From Eledone cirrhosa (Eukaryota): a stretch of DNA of 64,000 nucleotides. Both the position numbers and the translations under genes were made by a program. The stretch covers positions 35,092,001-35,156,000 of the forward strand of contig OZ024743.1 of NCBI GenBank assembly GCA_964016885.1, written 5' to 3'. Shown piece by piece: positions 28,440 to 42,431 of this stretch. The stretch's first letter is position 1, and every line of letters starts with the position of its first letter. The notes below the pieces were generated by a model, which saw nothing but the letters and a program-made list of their open reading frames with translations, was not told the origin of the DNA and did no database searches.

Positions 28440-29650
28440 TGACTTTTACAAGCTTTCATAGACTGATGAGATATTGTTGCAGGTTAACTTTAGCATGAAA
28501 GACATTTGCATGAAAAGAATTCCAGAGGGACAATGTTCTGCAAAAGAAAGACTGACATATTGGTTAGTGCAGGGTCTGAGAGTCTGAACACAGTATAGGT
28601 GAGAGGAATGAGCTGGGAATGAACTGAGGCTATTGTAATAGTGGTAGAAAAGGCAGAGATGAGACAGCATCTGTGAGTCAAAGACTAGATCAGTGACTCT
28701 CTATCAAATAGACGAGTGACATTTTTCTATTTGCAGTCTAGGATCTCTTCGTATGTGTGGAAGCAATACTCCATTGTAGGTTATACCTGAACCTTCTAAA
28801 AGATCTTAAATTGTTATGGTCTGAATTAATTTCTGGTTCAGAAGAAAAATGGCAGTCTTTTAGATACAATTCTAGCTATGTTTTGGATATGTGTTTGCCA
28901 TGAGTGATCTTTAGTGAGAGTGAAGCCTAGCAAAATATTACTCACTGCTATAGTTCAGTTGTCTCCATCAGTCTTCTTCAACGCAATCAGATTGGCTGAG
29001 AAGAAAAAACCATGGGCATGGCAGAGGAGGTCAACTCAGAAAAGACTTCGTTGGAGAAGTAATTGACTAAAGCAAAGGTATTCTGGCCTTAGTGGAGTAT
29101 GACGGGAGTAGATCTCTTAGGTGGCCACGATGTAGGCCATCAACTCCACTACTGTTGCTCCTTGAAAAGCTACCACATCTTCACTGGATACAGTGAAGGA
29201 GATATCACTGGCAGAGGCTTGAAAATTCCTGATATCAATCAGGGCGTCCAGCTGCTTAAGGCAGAAAGTGGCCAGGACATCTGGTGTGGACTAGAGTACT
29301 GTGTCACTCAAAGACAGCGCAAGCACTGCAGTAGAAACGTCGCCCTCAATCAGTTCACAATTAACTGTCATGGAGACATTTCATACAGTTGGAAGAAGAC
29401 TGTGTGTGGTGTTGGAGCAGGTGGGCAGAAGAAGAGAAAAGAGAGGGTTGTTGAATGGAACTGGCAGAAGGAAGCAATATCGCTCCTGAGCCTCCAAGTC
29501 AGGGAGGGTTCAGAAACCTCCCTAGCTATCAGGATCCCAAGTGCAAGTATCACAAAACTGAATAGTTTGTTCCAGTCTTACAGGCTGTTGGTGTTAAGCG
29601 ACTGGTCGATGAACGTCACTAGTGCTTCAGTCAGAAGAGTGCAAACAGCT
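28440..29650 (-). mobile_element. Possible degenerate APE-type LINE (CR1/L2/Jockey-like)
   Basis: GC-richer block; minus-strand fragments such as WRLRSDI and ISGIFK only weakly resemble APE motifs. Confidence 0.3.
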
Positions 29651-30232
29651 TTGGTGATCCTAATATTCTCCAGTACAGCCTGAGGCTAGAGGTTGCAACC
29701 AAATCCTTTCCCAGGCTGAGTGGTTTTAGGCCATTTTACAGAACTAAACAAGAACACAGGAATGGATATATATACATACACACATACATACACACACACA
29801 CATTGAATATAAGTGTTGTGTTTCAAATGTATACCATTTAATGTGTGTATGAGCATGTGCATATATATATATAGAGAGAGATTAGATAGATATACATACA
29901 GAGCTGCAATTATTTTCCAAGAAATTGCCCACTAGCTGATTCAATTCTTTCCCACACAATAGTGGATACTACTGCTGGTATGTATATAATACATGTATTA
30001 TTTTAATGGCTTCTATCAATGGAATGTGGCCATGTCTGAAGCATTACTTTCTGGAATATAGTTGACCACACTATTTTATCAACATTGGAAGGTTGAAAGG
30101 CAAAAATGGACCTGGGTAGGATTTGAACGCAGAAGATCATTATCAAATATATACAAACTATAATATTTTGTTCAACGTTCTACTGATTATGCTACCTATT
30201 CATACACACACACACATATATATACATATATA

Positions 30233-30434
30233 TGGAGTGTTTGTGGTGCAAAGGCTGGGAAGACCACAAATCAAGGTAGTACTATATGCATGAGATACAA
30301 AGTGGGTATATTGAAGAAGTAGAATCTCAACTGCATGCCCAGCGCTTTTCAGCTTATTCTCTACCCATGAGAAAGCTAGAGTGAACAAGCTGAAACTGCA
30401 GGGCTCGCAGTCGAGATTCTACCCGTTCAATATA
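30233..30434 (-). mobile_element. PLE-like remnant: degenerate inverted repeat with a hammerhead 3' half plus tail
   Basis: Arms ~30307-30362 and ~30378-30434; GAAAC-tgc..gca-GTC at 30392-30412; tail homologous to 58806-58882; (TA)n on both sides. Confidence 0.65.
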
Positions 30435-31645
30435 TATATATATATATATATAATGTCTGGAATGAGATTCTGCAGATCCGTTTAATTCATCTTAGCATAA
30501 TCATATTCTACATAAGTATGTAAGAGATAAATAGATACGTTATATAAGATAAAAAACAAAGTAAAGGAGGTATAAATTATGTAGCAGGCAGAACACACAA
30601 CCAAGAAGTCATTTCACTGAAACATACTATATTTACATATACTAAGATTCATTATAGTTATCTTATACTATTACAGATATACAAATCCACATTCTAATGT
30701 TTGAACTCCCCCATATGTCAACCCTTTTGTTACCATATTACTAATGAAATCTACTGCTTATGACTTTCAAATCATCACTAATTGTGGGAGGGGTTATAAT
30801 ATAACTACCTAGTTCATTATCAAGTTGGTGTTTGGAATGTAAGACATAAAATCATGACGTAAAATGTTTAGATAGATATAAGAACACAATAACAAATAGT
30901 TTTGCATCATAGAATCATAGCTGGTGGGCATCAAAAGGGTATTAAACAACAACGTAGAAGGCCAGGATAGTATAACTAGAATAAATAAGACGTAATTAAG
31001 ATTAAGGAAACAATAATATTTATGATATTGAAAAAGTGGCGAATGGTATATCAAAGATCCAAATTATCATTTTGTATAAATGTTTCTAACATACATGACA
31101 GGTGTTTCATCAATAGAGAAGTATTTAATAGAATTAATATTCAAAGGTTGGCTTAATTATATGGAACAACTAGTATAGTTAATTACAATTCTATTTACAT
31201 CTAGGATATAAAAATATAAATCGACCTCAGTTACTTGGCTAATACTGTATTTTATCGATTTGTGGAGTATGAAAATCAAAATCGGACTCGGTGGGATTCG
31301 AACTCAAAACGTAAAGAATTGTTAATTAAATATAATGCATTGTTCGGTGCTCTAACGATTGTGTTAATCTAAAGTTTTCTGACACATACAATAAGGCCTC
31401 AGATTTGTGGGGTCGATACAGTTGAAAACATCGACGTGAATACCTAAGTGGTACTTTTATCAATGGTACAATTCCACTCTGGTACTTGAATTATTACTTA
31501 TGTTATCGCCAACCCGGCGGAATTTGAATTCTGACTGAGATTCTCAACCCTTCATTAGCTTGGTATATTTCGCCATTTAACTCCTTTCTCCAATGCAAAA
31601 ATATTATATATATATACTTGCTATGTATGTATATATATATATATA

Positions 31646-31677
<32 letters not shown>

Positions 31678-31762
31678 GCTGATAAATGAAACAAACACAA
31701 CACGGGAGGCAATTTTTACAGTTATATTAGGTTCACGCTTGGTGGAAATGGAGGTTTCGGGG

Positions 31763-31767
<5 letters not shown>
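31678..31767 (-). mobile_element. Tail-only PLE-like insertion in (TA)n
   Basis: Minus strand caagcgtgaacctaatata matches caagcattaacctaatata downstream of the hammerhead at 50370-50405. Confidence 0.5.
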
Positions 31768-31801
<34 letters not shown>

Positions 31802-33067
31802 CATAGCAAGTATCTTACATGTCAGACTTTCCATATTCCCCTTATGTCATTATGTAATATGACCCCCCACTATACATCAAAAAGGATTGGTCCATTTGAG
31901 TTATTCTCCTTGACTCATTTCAATCTTATGTAGTTCGTTTCAGTAATTTAAGTTTCTGAGTTCAAATCCCATAACGGTTGATTTTTACATTTCAACCTGT
32001 ACTTGACATGTACTAGTGTCGATTACATTTTCTACACTCCTCTAGATCTATATTTGTAACATTGTGCCAATGTTAGTAATAGTAAAGGTCTTAAATTTAG
32101 GCACAAGGTCAATAATAATTGTTTCTAATTTAGGCACAATTTGGTGTGAGGGGTAAGTCGTTTAAATCCACACTCAATAATTGACTGGTACTTTATCTTA
32201 TCGATCCTGGAAATGTGAAAAGCAAAATTGAATTCGTTCCGCTGATATCCCAAGTGATACTTTTTTTTTAAGATATCAAAACATATCACACAATCACGAA
32301 GATTTATTCCACGTTTAATATCATAACGGCCACACACCATTGTCAATGTCACAATTGCCTGTTATTGTAAACTACACTTATCGTTTTCTCTCGACGAGAC
32401 GAATCAGCAACATAGTTTCCACTCCAAGCGGTGAAGCAGTTTATTTATTTAACTTTCATTGCTAATGCTGTAGAAACATCAAACTAAATCATTAGATCTT
32501 AAGATACTGTAAGTACGCACTCGATATAATTACATCTTTCACCTACAACTATCATCACCTTTACACCTCTTTCTTTCTCTCTCATCTTGTTTCGTATGAG
32601 AGAGAAGACGCAAACTCATGATGCAGTACATCATCCCTAAACACAAACACAAAAGATGTGTGTGTACTTTCTTACGTTAGAGATGAGACAATATTGAGAT
32701 GTATGCTAATGTCTTTTCAAAGAATATAAGCAACAAAAATAAAACTACTAGCAAAATTAATTTTCTGAAGAGACTAAGTTACAAGATCAAAAGGGGAGAT
32801 GGGAATAGAAAGCGGGGGATTGCAAGTAACCAACATAACGTGTATACTGAATATACATTATAAGAGACCGGCTATACCTAGGTAGGTGCGAGATCTAACA
32901 ACGAACACACACACACATGGTAAAGACAGCCATAGGCTTGGGAAGTCTTTATGTACCTTAAGTATTTAATCTGATCACTCTTAATGTCAATATGTAAACT
33001 ATTAGGAGAGAATGCAAGGAGACATTTATTCAAATCCTGTGTACTATCTTTTCAAACACATTCACAT

Positions 33068-34150
33068 ATAGGATGGAATTAGAAAGTTCCCAGATCATGT
33101 CTAAAAACATTACTCCAGTATTTCAGTAAATAATGTATTTCATATATTATTGATATTTGGGCACCAACCCCTTTGAAATGGTGTCTGAGAATATACACAG
33201 CGGTCTGCCTTAAAAGAAGCCCCCGAAGGCTGTCGCAAAGCGGCGCCCCATCAGTTTCAATTGCATTTTCGGAAACATGGCGAAATCACAGGGGTATTAA
33301 GGTAAGGCGAATATAGAGAGATTTCTGTCAAAAAATGAGCGAGCGTGTTGTGATGCAACGGCCAATTGCAGTTGAACCATACTTCCAGTCTTTTTAGTCG
33401 CACATCTCTCAAACACCTCAAAACATCAACTAAAAATGAGAATTCATCGTATTGCTGAGAGAAACAAATTCTCAGTGAACAATGCCTTCGATGTTGAAAA
33501 AAAGGATGGGCGTGCTTTTCACTGAACTCCAGACAGATCTGGTACGCTTTGTTTTGTTTTGTTTTTTGTTCTTCCATTGCGATGACTGCTGTTTTGTCTC
33601 CGGATCGTAGCCATAAACGTCAACTTTCATCAGCCGTGATGAATTGGGTCCCAGTTAAGCCTTTTTACCAAACACAAGGCTTATATCAAGACGCTGCTAC
33701 TTTTCATCGAATGTCGAAGGACAAACTTCGCAGAAACGCATGCATGTCAAGTTTTCCTTGAGAATCTCCTGGCAGATTCCAATCATGTGAGAGAGCTAAT
33801 GGATTGCTTGGCGACAATGCTCATGGATAAGTTCACAAATGTTGTCCACATTCTCTAGTGTTTTGCTAGTGGACGGTCGCCTTCGGTGTTTATCATATTG
33901 AACCGAAACTCGGCCTTGAAACATGTCCCAATCAAAAATCTGTGTTCGACTTACAGAATGTTCATCAAAAGCTGACGAAGCATTTTGAGGATCTTGGTGG
34001 TAGATTTACCGAGCTCCATGCAAAATTTGATGCATGTTGCTCAAATTTGTCGTGGATCGTAAAATGTATTTATGATGGAACATTTGTACATGGCATGAAA
34101 CCTATTTGTAGACTTACCAGTGATCATCAACTGCACACGCATTTATACCG
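33068..34150 (-). mobile_element. Mariner transposase relic
   Basis: VDVLRCLRDVRLKRLEVW..WPLHHNTLAH..YSPYL resembles the mariner HHDNAxxH and PYSPDL motifs; TIR-like ggatggaattagaaagttcc at 33071. Confidence 0.8.
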
Positions 34151-34391
34151 AACAGTATAATTATAGCACATGCAGTTAAGTGACAAATTAAATTCACAGT
34201 ACCAACAGAAGAATATGTGCGTATGTATGTATGTGTGTGTGTATATATATATATATATTCTTGTTCTATGAACGCTATTGTTCCAAACCAAACATAGATA
34301 ACTATTAAAAAATATGAAAAAATCTTTAATAAAAAGTCAAACTTGGGTACAGTCGTGTTTTCAATAAACATACTTGAAAAAGAAGCTGTTA

Positions 34392-34533
34392 CCTTGTATT
34401 GAGTACTTTATAATCGACAGAGTTTACGTCTGTTTTCACCAACAGATCATCATTATATTTTTTTCTCTTATCAACCATAAACACATCATTATAGGGAGCA
34501 TTAGAAAGGAGATTCTTGAATAGGAGTATTTAA
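34392..34533 (-). other. Candidate exon, possibly the first coding exon (MVDKRKKYNDDLLVKTDVNSVDYKVLNT)
   Basis: Minus-strand cctgtag acceptor and aag|gtaac donor; ATG-led open frame to the donor; no homology recognised. Confidence 0.25.
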
Positions 34534-35859
34534 CTACAGGAATTCAAATGAAGATAAACATCTAAATGGAAAAACACCCTAAAATACAGTTTTCCGAGTA
34601 TTCATTACATTAATATTAATGTGTGTGTGAACGAAACAGTTCTAGTCCTGTAAAAGTCATGTCTACATAAAATATAGATGTTTATACTCTAACAAAATAT
34701 TAAATACCTTTTTTAACTGTGGTCATTCCCCGATCCCCATCGGGACTCCATCCTTATTTATATACATACAACGATCACTTTTTTTTAAATATTTGAACGT
34801 CACTAATATAAAGTGTAGTTGTATTTTAGTCCCACATCAGTCCTAAATCCGCATACCTAAGTCAAAGGCATGATCCCATGTTTACCTCAAGCACAGTGCA
34901 TCGGGGATTAAATTATTTCATGTGCCAAGGGATATTTGAATGCTATTTCTAACAGTTCGAGCGACCACGTAGTAACTCCTCTCTGGGATAAATATTCGTT
35001 AGCTGATTTGTTTTAGCAGTCAAATTACAATATAACCCACAACTCAACATGGGAACTTGAATCAGCTAGAAATAGAGACGATATTGCCCTCAAATAAGAG
35101 ACACGTTGGTCATTTTAGTCTCTGATGTACAAAAGACGGAGTGGTCAAGACTGGAGTGTCTTTGATCGTAGATCTGCTCAATCAGGTCTAGCTTGAGGTT
35201 CAACAACAAGATTAACTCCAAACTTGATAAAAGTTTAGAGAGTGAAATATAATAGACAGTGAGAGTATGTTTGTGTATACACATCTGGCTTTAGGAAAAC
35301 TTCCCCAAGCAAGTATATGTATATATAAGCAACACAAGTATATATATGATAGAATCGTATGCAGCAAGAGAAATAAATCTTATTTATTAGTGAAGGATGG
35401 AGGAACCAAGAACGAAAGAAACAAAAGTCAAACACCAATCTGTCAATCTTTAAGAGAAATAACATAAATATAAGTTTGCTAAAAATCAAACAGGATTTTG
35501 AATAATATCTATAATCATTATAGTGAACTGAGGTTTGTAGATCGCCAATATACAAGGAACTAAATTGTCAGTCAAACAAAACAATTGCACCATAAATAGA
35601 GGAGACGAAGAGAATTGATGGGAGGAACTGATGAAGATTCTCAGACATGCCAAAGCTTCGAGGATTTTTTTAAAACACAAAACAAACTGTAACGTATTAA
35701 ATTATAAACGAAGGATTAAAACCTACCTAACTTCCATGGTAAATCAGTGCTAATATGAACGATTTAAGCAATTAAAAATTTGGTCGGGGTATCTGTATGA
35801 CCCCCTTCGAATAAATCACTTATGTAGCGCATTGTTGCTACCAAATTGTAACGGACACT

Positions 35860-35945
35860 TTCCAAATTTCCGCCATTACTTGCGGGGTTAGTTTTGTTTT
35901 CTGAGAGAGAAACAGAGGGAAAGTATGAGCATGCGCAATCGGGTT
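35860..35945. promoter_or_regulatory. Candidate housekeeping promoter
   Basis: Local CpG retention with YY1-like ccgccatt and NRF1-like gcatgcgca; minus-strand donor tag|gtaggt near 35727. Confidence 0.35.
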
Positions 35946-37469
35946 AAAAATTGTTTTTCAGTTATCTGCCCTCCTCTCTATATCTTTTACTATTTCTTTT
36001 ATTACTCACTCGCTCTTTTCTCCGTCTCTCTCTCATTCTATCTTGCTCTCTTTTATTAGTCTCATATCAATTTCTTTTTCTTTATCTCACACATATGTTC
36101 TGTCTGTCTCTCTCCGTTCTTCTCTTCATTAATCTTTGTTCATCCTCTCTTGTTTACGTTTTAGTTGGCTCAAGTTTTCTTTCTCCTTTCATTTCCAAAT
36201 TAATCGCTCCCTCTCTCTTCATTAATTTATTTTGCATCTTCTATTCTTATATCCGCCTTCTCCTTTGCTTCAATTCGTATTTTTGCTTACTCTTAACTTT
36301 GCCTGCTTCTTTTAACACACTCTTTTTTCTTCTTTGAAACATCTCATTATTTTTATTTTTAATATTCCCTCAGTTTCATTCCCTTCTGTATCATTTAACT
36401 AGGTCTTTCTCGTTAGTTTTTCCTCTCACTTCTATCCAATTAACTTATTTCGTCTCTCTTTCTGTCTCAGTCCATCTACCTAAATTGGCTAGTTCTCTCT
36501 TTCATTTTCTTCAGCTTTCATTTTCTTCAGCTTCCGTTCTTTGCCTCTCTTCCTCCTTCCATTCTTATACAGTACACCCTATTCCCCCCCCCCCTCTCTC
36601 TCTCTCGTGTGTGTGTGCCTGTTATTCTTCCTTGTTCTTTTTTATATTTAGGAGAAATGATCTCATTTTAATTTACTTTCGAGTTTTTTTTTAACCTTTT
36701 CTCTCGCCGAAAAAGTATATTTTAGTCAGATATATGGCATCCAAGACACAAATTAGAATAAAACCACTAATTTTATTAGAATTCTTACCGTTGAAATTCA
36801 GAGTTGTATTTTTGATAAATCTTCATGTTGTTTTCTTAGTTTCTGCCTTCACAATTCCACGTTTCTTTAAATAAAAATATATAATTTCTAAAATATTCTG
36901 CTTTACTATATGTTCAAAGAGTAATCTAATATGTTTTAACATACTTTTTTTTTTTTTTTTGTCAATATTTCGTTGAAGAAGGTAATCTTATAAATTAGTA
37001 AACAAATAGCCATAAATAAATGTTAGTGCCCCACCCACTCACAGACGTTGCTCTTCTATAATTTTCTTAATGCATATCTTTAAATGAAATTTTGCAGATA
37101 TACATTTTCGTGGTGTAAATTATGACTGTATTGATCACGTTTTAAAAGAATTCATTATTTTTTCTAATACTTTTATTATTATATATAGATAAAGATTTCG
37201 TTTACTGAATACTTTCCATTTGTTTGTAGTCGGCTAAACAAACTTCTTTTTATGGTGCCCAACAATTTCATGTTGATAATATCAATTAGGATCATGTCAT
37301 ATTCATATAATATTTTATTCAAACTACAAATTGTTTATAATTCTTACTGAATGAAAATATAAACACATATAATAAATACAATTACTTATTGCTTGAAACT
37401 TCACAAATATAATGCGCAAAAATATATAATCTAAGCGAGAGAAAACAATAACAAACAAAATCAACAATC

Positions 37470-37915
37470 CGCCACAGTTTTTGAGGCAAGCCAACACTCT
37501 CGCAACATTACTGCGGGTGATGGCGAGGCTAAGATGCTGAAACAACCAGGCACCCTCACGGGCATCACTGACATCTTGGTAAGGCAAGAACTTCGTTATA
37601 AGCGGCCTAGCTCCACCAAACGTCTCGAACGCCACAGGCTGAAAAAAATAGTTATTTGATAGTTCCCGGTATTTTAGGATTTTATTCCGTTCAGTTATGG
37701 AAACAGTGACCTTCGCATTTACCACGAAATCCATGATGTGGGAGGGAACAAAGGAGTCACTGACTGTGGTGTCCCAGATGAGACATCTGCCTCTTACCCA
37801 GGGACAAAGGGTAAGACCATGTGGTCTCTTCACATTAATTCTGGATAGTCCATCCGGCTCCAGAACAGAGAGGATAATTACCCGAGTTAGGGCCTGCTTA
37901 ATGTTCATGTCATAT
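37470..37915 (-). mobile_element. CRE-like non-LTR retrotransposon, restriction-like endonuclease domain fragment
   Basis: EPDGLSR..KRPHGLTLCPW..GRCLIWDTTVSD...KILKY...FQPVAFETFG matches the RLE RPD..D..K.KY..P..ETxG pattern. Confidence 0.85.
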
Positions 37916-37952
37916 TTTCTAAAGGAAAGCAATCAATGAATTACAAAAATAG

Positions 37953-37984
<32 letters not shown>

Positions 37985-38233
37985 CAGACCGGCCGACCTC
38001 TAAAAGCCCAATCGGGAAGTATCATGAAAAAAAGGACCCCAAAACGGGGAGAAATGAGGCAAAAATGGGTATATTTTACATAATTGTTTCTACTTTTGGC
38101 ACAAGGCCAGCAATTATCTTAGTGCATTACTGATAATGAAAGCTATACCCATTTTCACAAGAGAAGACATCTCTCACCCACCTCAAAATGTGTGGGAGAT
38201 CTCCCTGTTGGACGGGGAGAGTTGACAGGTCTG
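37985..38233. mobile_element. TA-flanked MITE containing a SINE-B tail fragment
   Basis: TIRs cagaccggccgacctc and gagttgacaggtctg; nested SINE tail at ~38080-38135. Confidence 0.6.
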
Positions 38234-38572
38234 ATATATATAATCAATATAATCGTATGAAAACGTAACTGCAAAATGTCATTAAAAATAGTGTATTATT
38301 AAGAAAATACTGAGGAAACAAAGTAGGGAGGTTATGTCAACAAATAATAGTGATTCGTCATATGACGAGTAATTTCGGGGGGTATACTGTTGTCATTGTG
38401 TGTAACGTCAGGCAATGTTACATACTTAAGTAAAACAATAATTTCATGATGTTTATACAAAATAATGAAATGAATACAAATTTTAAACATAAAAGTAGCT
38501 ATTAACTTTAAAATAGTTGAAAAAGAAAAACAAATCTCTCATTTGTATATTTGCAATGAATGTTATCATAAA

Positions 38573-38885
38573 AATAATTGTTTCTACTTTTGGCACAAGG
38601 CCAGCAATTAACCAGTGTATTACTGGTACTTTATTTTATCGACCCCTTAAGGATGAAAAGCAAAGTTAACCTCGGCAGGATTTGAACTCAGACCATAAAG
38701 GACCATAACTCTTTACTGCAAAGCATGGTGTCCGACTCTCTACCGATACTGCAAATCCACCAATGATTTCTACTATAGGTACAAGGCCAGCCTTTTTGGG
38801 AAGGGGAAAATCGATTAAATCGCCCCAATGCATTACTGGTGCTTTACTTTATCGACCCCATAAAGATGAAAGGGATTTGAACTCA
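38573..38885 (-). mobile_element. Two tandem SINE family B copies
   Basis: Same head, core and tail as 8411-8601. Confidence 0.8.
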
Positions 38886-39547
38886 ATACAATTAATACTG
38901 CAATACTCTGATAAGCGTAGTAGGGAGTTAAAAAACATCAAAAAGTTTCCAATTGAGCTATATTTTCAATATATAAGTTAATTGCTCGAATATTTAGATT
39001 CGTACAAATGGTATATACATTTTCCCTTCATTCATTGGTTCCTATATCCATATGCATATATTAACAGTTTAACTTAACTCCGCTTTACCACCAGTTTCAA
39101 GACGAAAACAAGTTTCTCCAATGCATTGGATGATAAGACATGTTTACTTTTTGAAACTGAAGTTGCGAAGAATGCAAATTTGATCAAACTGTTAAGATAA
39201 ATACTCTCAACTTCCACATAATGTGTTGATTGCTCTGTTCTTTCATTTGTACACAGGTGTATATGTATATATGCATATGTAAACGTGGTTGGTGTTAGAA
39301 AGGGCATTCAGCTGTAAAATACCCAGCCAAATTTACAGTCCTTGTCGGAGCAAGGTGGGACATGGCCAACCCTGGCATGGACACCTCATCTAACTCGTGT
39401 AAGCATTGAAAAATGAACATTAAACAATGATGATGATATATATATATATGTGTGTGTGTGTGTGTATGTGAGTGTGTGCATGTGTGTGTGTGTCCCACAT
39501 ACACACACACACAAAATCAATGTTTCAAAATGTTTTTCTTTTTTCAG

Positions 39548-39677
39548 ATGGATAATAGATACAAGTTGACAAACTTAAAACTATTTGTTCAAGGAAGAAA
39601 GAAATACAAACCTCTGAAGCTAATTTAAAATACAGCCTTATAAGTGATATGTTACTCCAATGCTACAAACTTCACAA
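39548..39677 (+). other. Candidate non-coding or UTR exon
   Basis: Strong acceptor tttttcttttttcag and donor caa|gtgagt; all three frames contain stops. Confidence 0.35.
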
Positions 39678-40016
39678 GTGAGTAAAATTAACAGCTGTAA
39701 CCTTAATTCTGACTTGATGGTTCAGAGTTCAAATGCCAAAGTGAAACTAACATTTCATTCTGTAAAGGTATGTTCATGAGTTTGAACAGAAAGAGGTGAG
39801 AGAATTCTGGCAGGATATGGTCGGTTTAAATGCTAATGGGTTAATGTACCTTCACTTAGAGACTCTGATATTATAGATAAAACAAATCAAAGCTTTTCTT
39901 TGACAACCACAGGAATATATGACTTTTTTTTAGAAAATTTAAAGTTTTTCAATGTTTGTTCCTAAGCTACATGACACCACCTAATTTATTAGTATCACAT
40001 TAGTATCACATTTTGT

Positions 40017-40096
40017 TGCTCTTCTTCTTCTTCTTCTTCTTCTTCTTCTTCTTCTTCTTCTTCTTCTTCTTCTTCTTCTTCTTCTTCTTCTTCTTC

Positions 40097-40133
<37 letters not shown>

Positions 40134-40213
40134 CCATCACCACCACTATCATCATCATCACCACTACCATCATCATCATCACCACTATCATCATCAACAT
40201 CATCATCACCACT

Positions 40214-40253
<40 letters not shown>

Positions 40254-40261
40254 CCACCACT

Positions 40262-40292
<31 letters not shown>

Positions 40293-40345
40293 CCATCACC
40301 ACTATCATCATCACCACTATCATCATCAACATCATCATCACCACT

Positions 40346-40382
<37 letters not shown>

Positions 40383-40860
40383 CCATCACCACTACCATCA
40401 TCATCATCACCACTATCATCATCAACATCACCATCACCACTATCATCATCACCATCACCACTATCATCATCATCATCATCACCACTACCATCATCACCAT
40501 CATCACCACTATCATCATCAACATCATCATCACCACTATCATCATCATCATCATCATCATCATCACCATCACCACTATCATCATCATCATCACCACTATC
40601 ATCATCAACATCATCATCACCACTATCATCATCAACATCATCATCACCACTATCATCACCACTATCATCATCAACATCATCATCACCACTATCATCATCA
40701 TCATCATCATCATCATCACCATCACCACTATCATCATCATCATCACCACTATCATCACCACTATCATCATCAACATCATCATCACCACTATCATCATCAT
40801 CACCACTATCAACATCACCATCACCACTATCAACATCACCATCACCACTATCATCATCAG
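40017..40860. repeat. Compound trinucleotide tract: (CTT)n followed by (CAT)n with CAC/TAT/CAA variants
   Basis: Seen directly; recurring caccactatcatcatcaacatcatcat subunit. Confidence 0.98.
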
Positions 40861-40872
40861 CAGCATTATTAT

Positions 40873-41680
40873 ATGAGGGTGGTAGATTGGCAGAACCATT
40901 AGCGTTTCAAACAAAATGCTTTGTTGTATTTTTCGAGATTCTGAGTTAAAATCCCAGCGAGATCAACTTTCATCTTTCTAGATAAAATAGAGAACCAGTA
41001 AAGGGGTTTGATTTAAGTTTCTCCTCCCCTTTAAATTGCTGGCCTTGTGCCTAAAGTAGAAACAATTATTATTATGGATTGGTGGTGGATTGGCAGTATC
41101 GGTAGAGGGTCTGACGCCATGCTTTGCAGCATAGAGTTACGGCCCTTTATAGTCTGAGTTCAAATCCCACTGAGGTCAACTTTGCCTTCCATTCTTACGA
41201 GGTCGATAAAATAAAGTACCAGTAATACACTGGGATAATTGCTGGCCTGGTGCCAAAAGTAGAAACAATTATTATGGATTGGCAGTAATGCTAGAGCATC
41301 GGACACCATGCTTCGCAGCGTAGAATTACAGTGGCCCTTTACATTCTGAGTTCAAATCCCACCGAGGTTAGCTTTGCCTTTCATTCTTACAGGGTCGATA
41401 AAATAAAGCACCAGAAAGTACTGGGGTCAATTTAATCGATTTTCCTCTCCTCCTTCAAATTGCTGGCCTTGTGCCTAAAGTAGAAACAATTGTTATTATC
41501 AATTCTTTTTATTTTTATAAGGCGGTGGATTGGCAGTATAGAGTTACGGCCCTTGCCATTTTGTGTTCAAATCCCGCCGAGGTTGACTTTGCCTTTCATC
41601 CTTACGGGGTTGATAAAATAAAGTACCAGTAATGCACTGCGTAATTGCTGGCCTTGTGCCAAAAGTAGAAACAATTATTA
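40873..41680 (+). mobile_element. Head-to-tail array of four SINE family B copies
   Basis: Four tails tgctggcct.gtgcc.aaagtagaaacaatt ending near 41070, 41272, 41492 and 41678. Confidence 0.88.
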
Positions 41681-41982
41681 ATTCTTTTTATAAAGAGTTG
41701 TTATCTTTATAGTTTCTGATAATGCTTTGACTTTGGATATATAAATATATATAAGTGTATATATATATATATATATATATGTAAATGTATGTGTATATAT
41801 ATATATATAACCATATCTTCACATACACAAACATATGCACACATATACTCACTCTAAAACGCGCACAGTAACACAATCACATACATGAATTAACTTCATT
41901 CATATGAATTTTTTGCACACCTCCACAATAAGTGTGTATCAAGTGTTCTTGTGTTTTTATACAAAAAAAAATAAAAACACAT

Positions 41983-42023
<41 letters not shown>

Positions 42024-42431
42024 TTATCATCATCATCATCATCATCATCATCGCTGCTTAACGTCTTATTTTCCATGCTTGCATAGGTCAGATGGTGTCA
42101 GATGGGGCCAGTTGGGCATGCCATACCTTGCTCAAACAGAACTATATTTTGGCCAGGTATTTTTACAGCTGGATGCTCTTCTTACTAACACCAACCATGT
42201 TTATATGTATGTATTTATGCACAAGGACATGGTAATACTCGGTTTGGTGCCTAATTGCGGTGTTAGCTCACTGGGAGTGAGAGACTCCTAGATTTTGAAG
42301 CAGGGCTGAGCTGGGGCTAAACAAAACATATGCAATATCCAGCTATTTTTTCAGTTCATTCATGTTGAGTATTGCATATATAAATTAACATTATATACAA
42401 AAGAGTCAAGAGAACTCTCCTGTTGTGTTAA

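Noticed and set aside
29099-29683. 194-aa plus-strand ORF as a host gene
   Set aside because: No recognisable domain; more likely an antisense frame of a decayed repeat.
35951-36694. Hydrophobic ORFs resembling membrane proteins
   Set aside because: Derived from CT-rich low-complexity DNA.
40006-40914. 302-aa and 287-aa ORFs
   Set aside because: Translations of (CTT)n/(CAT)n microsatellite.
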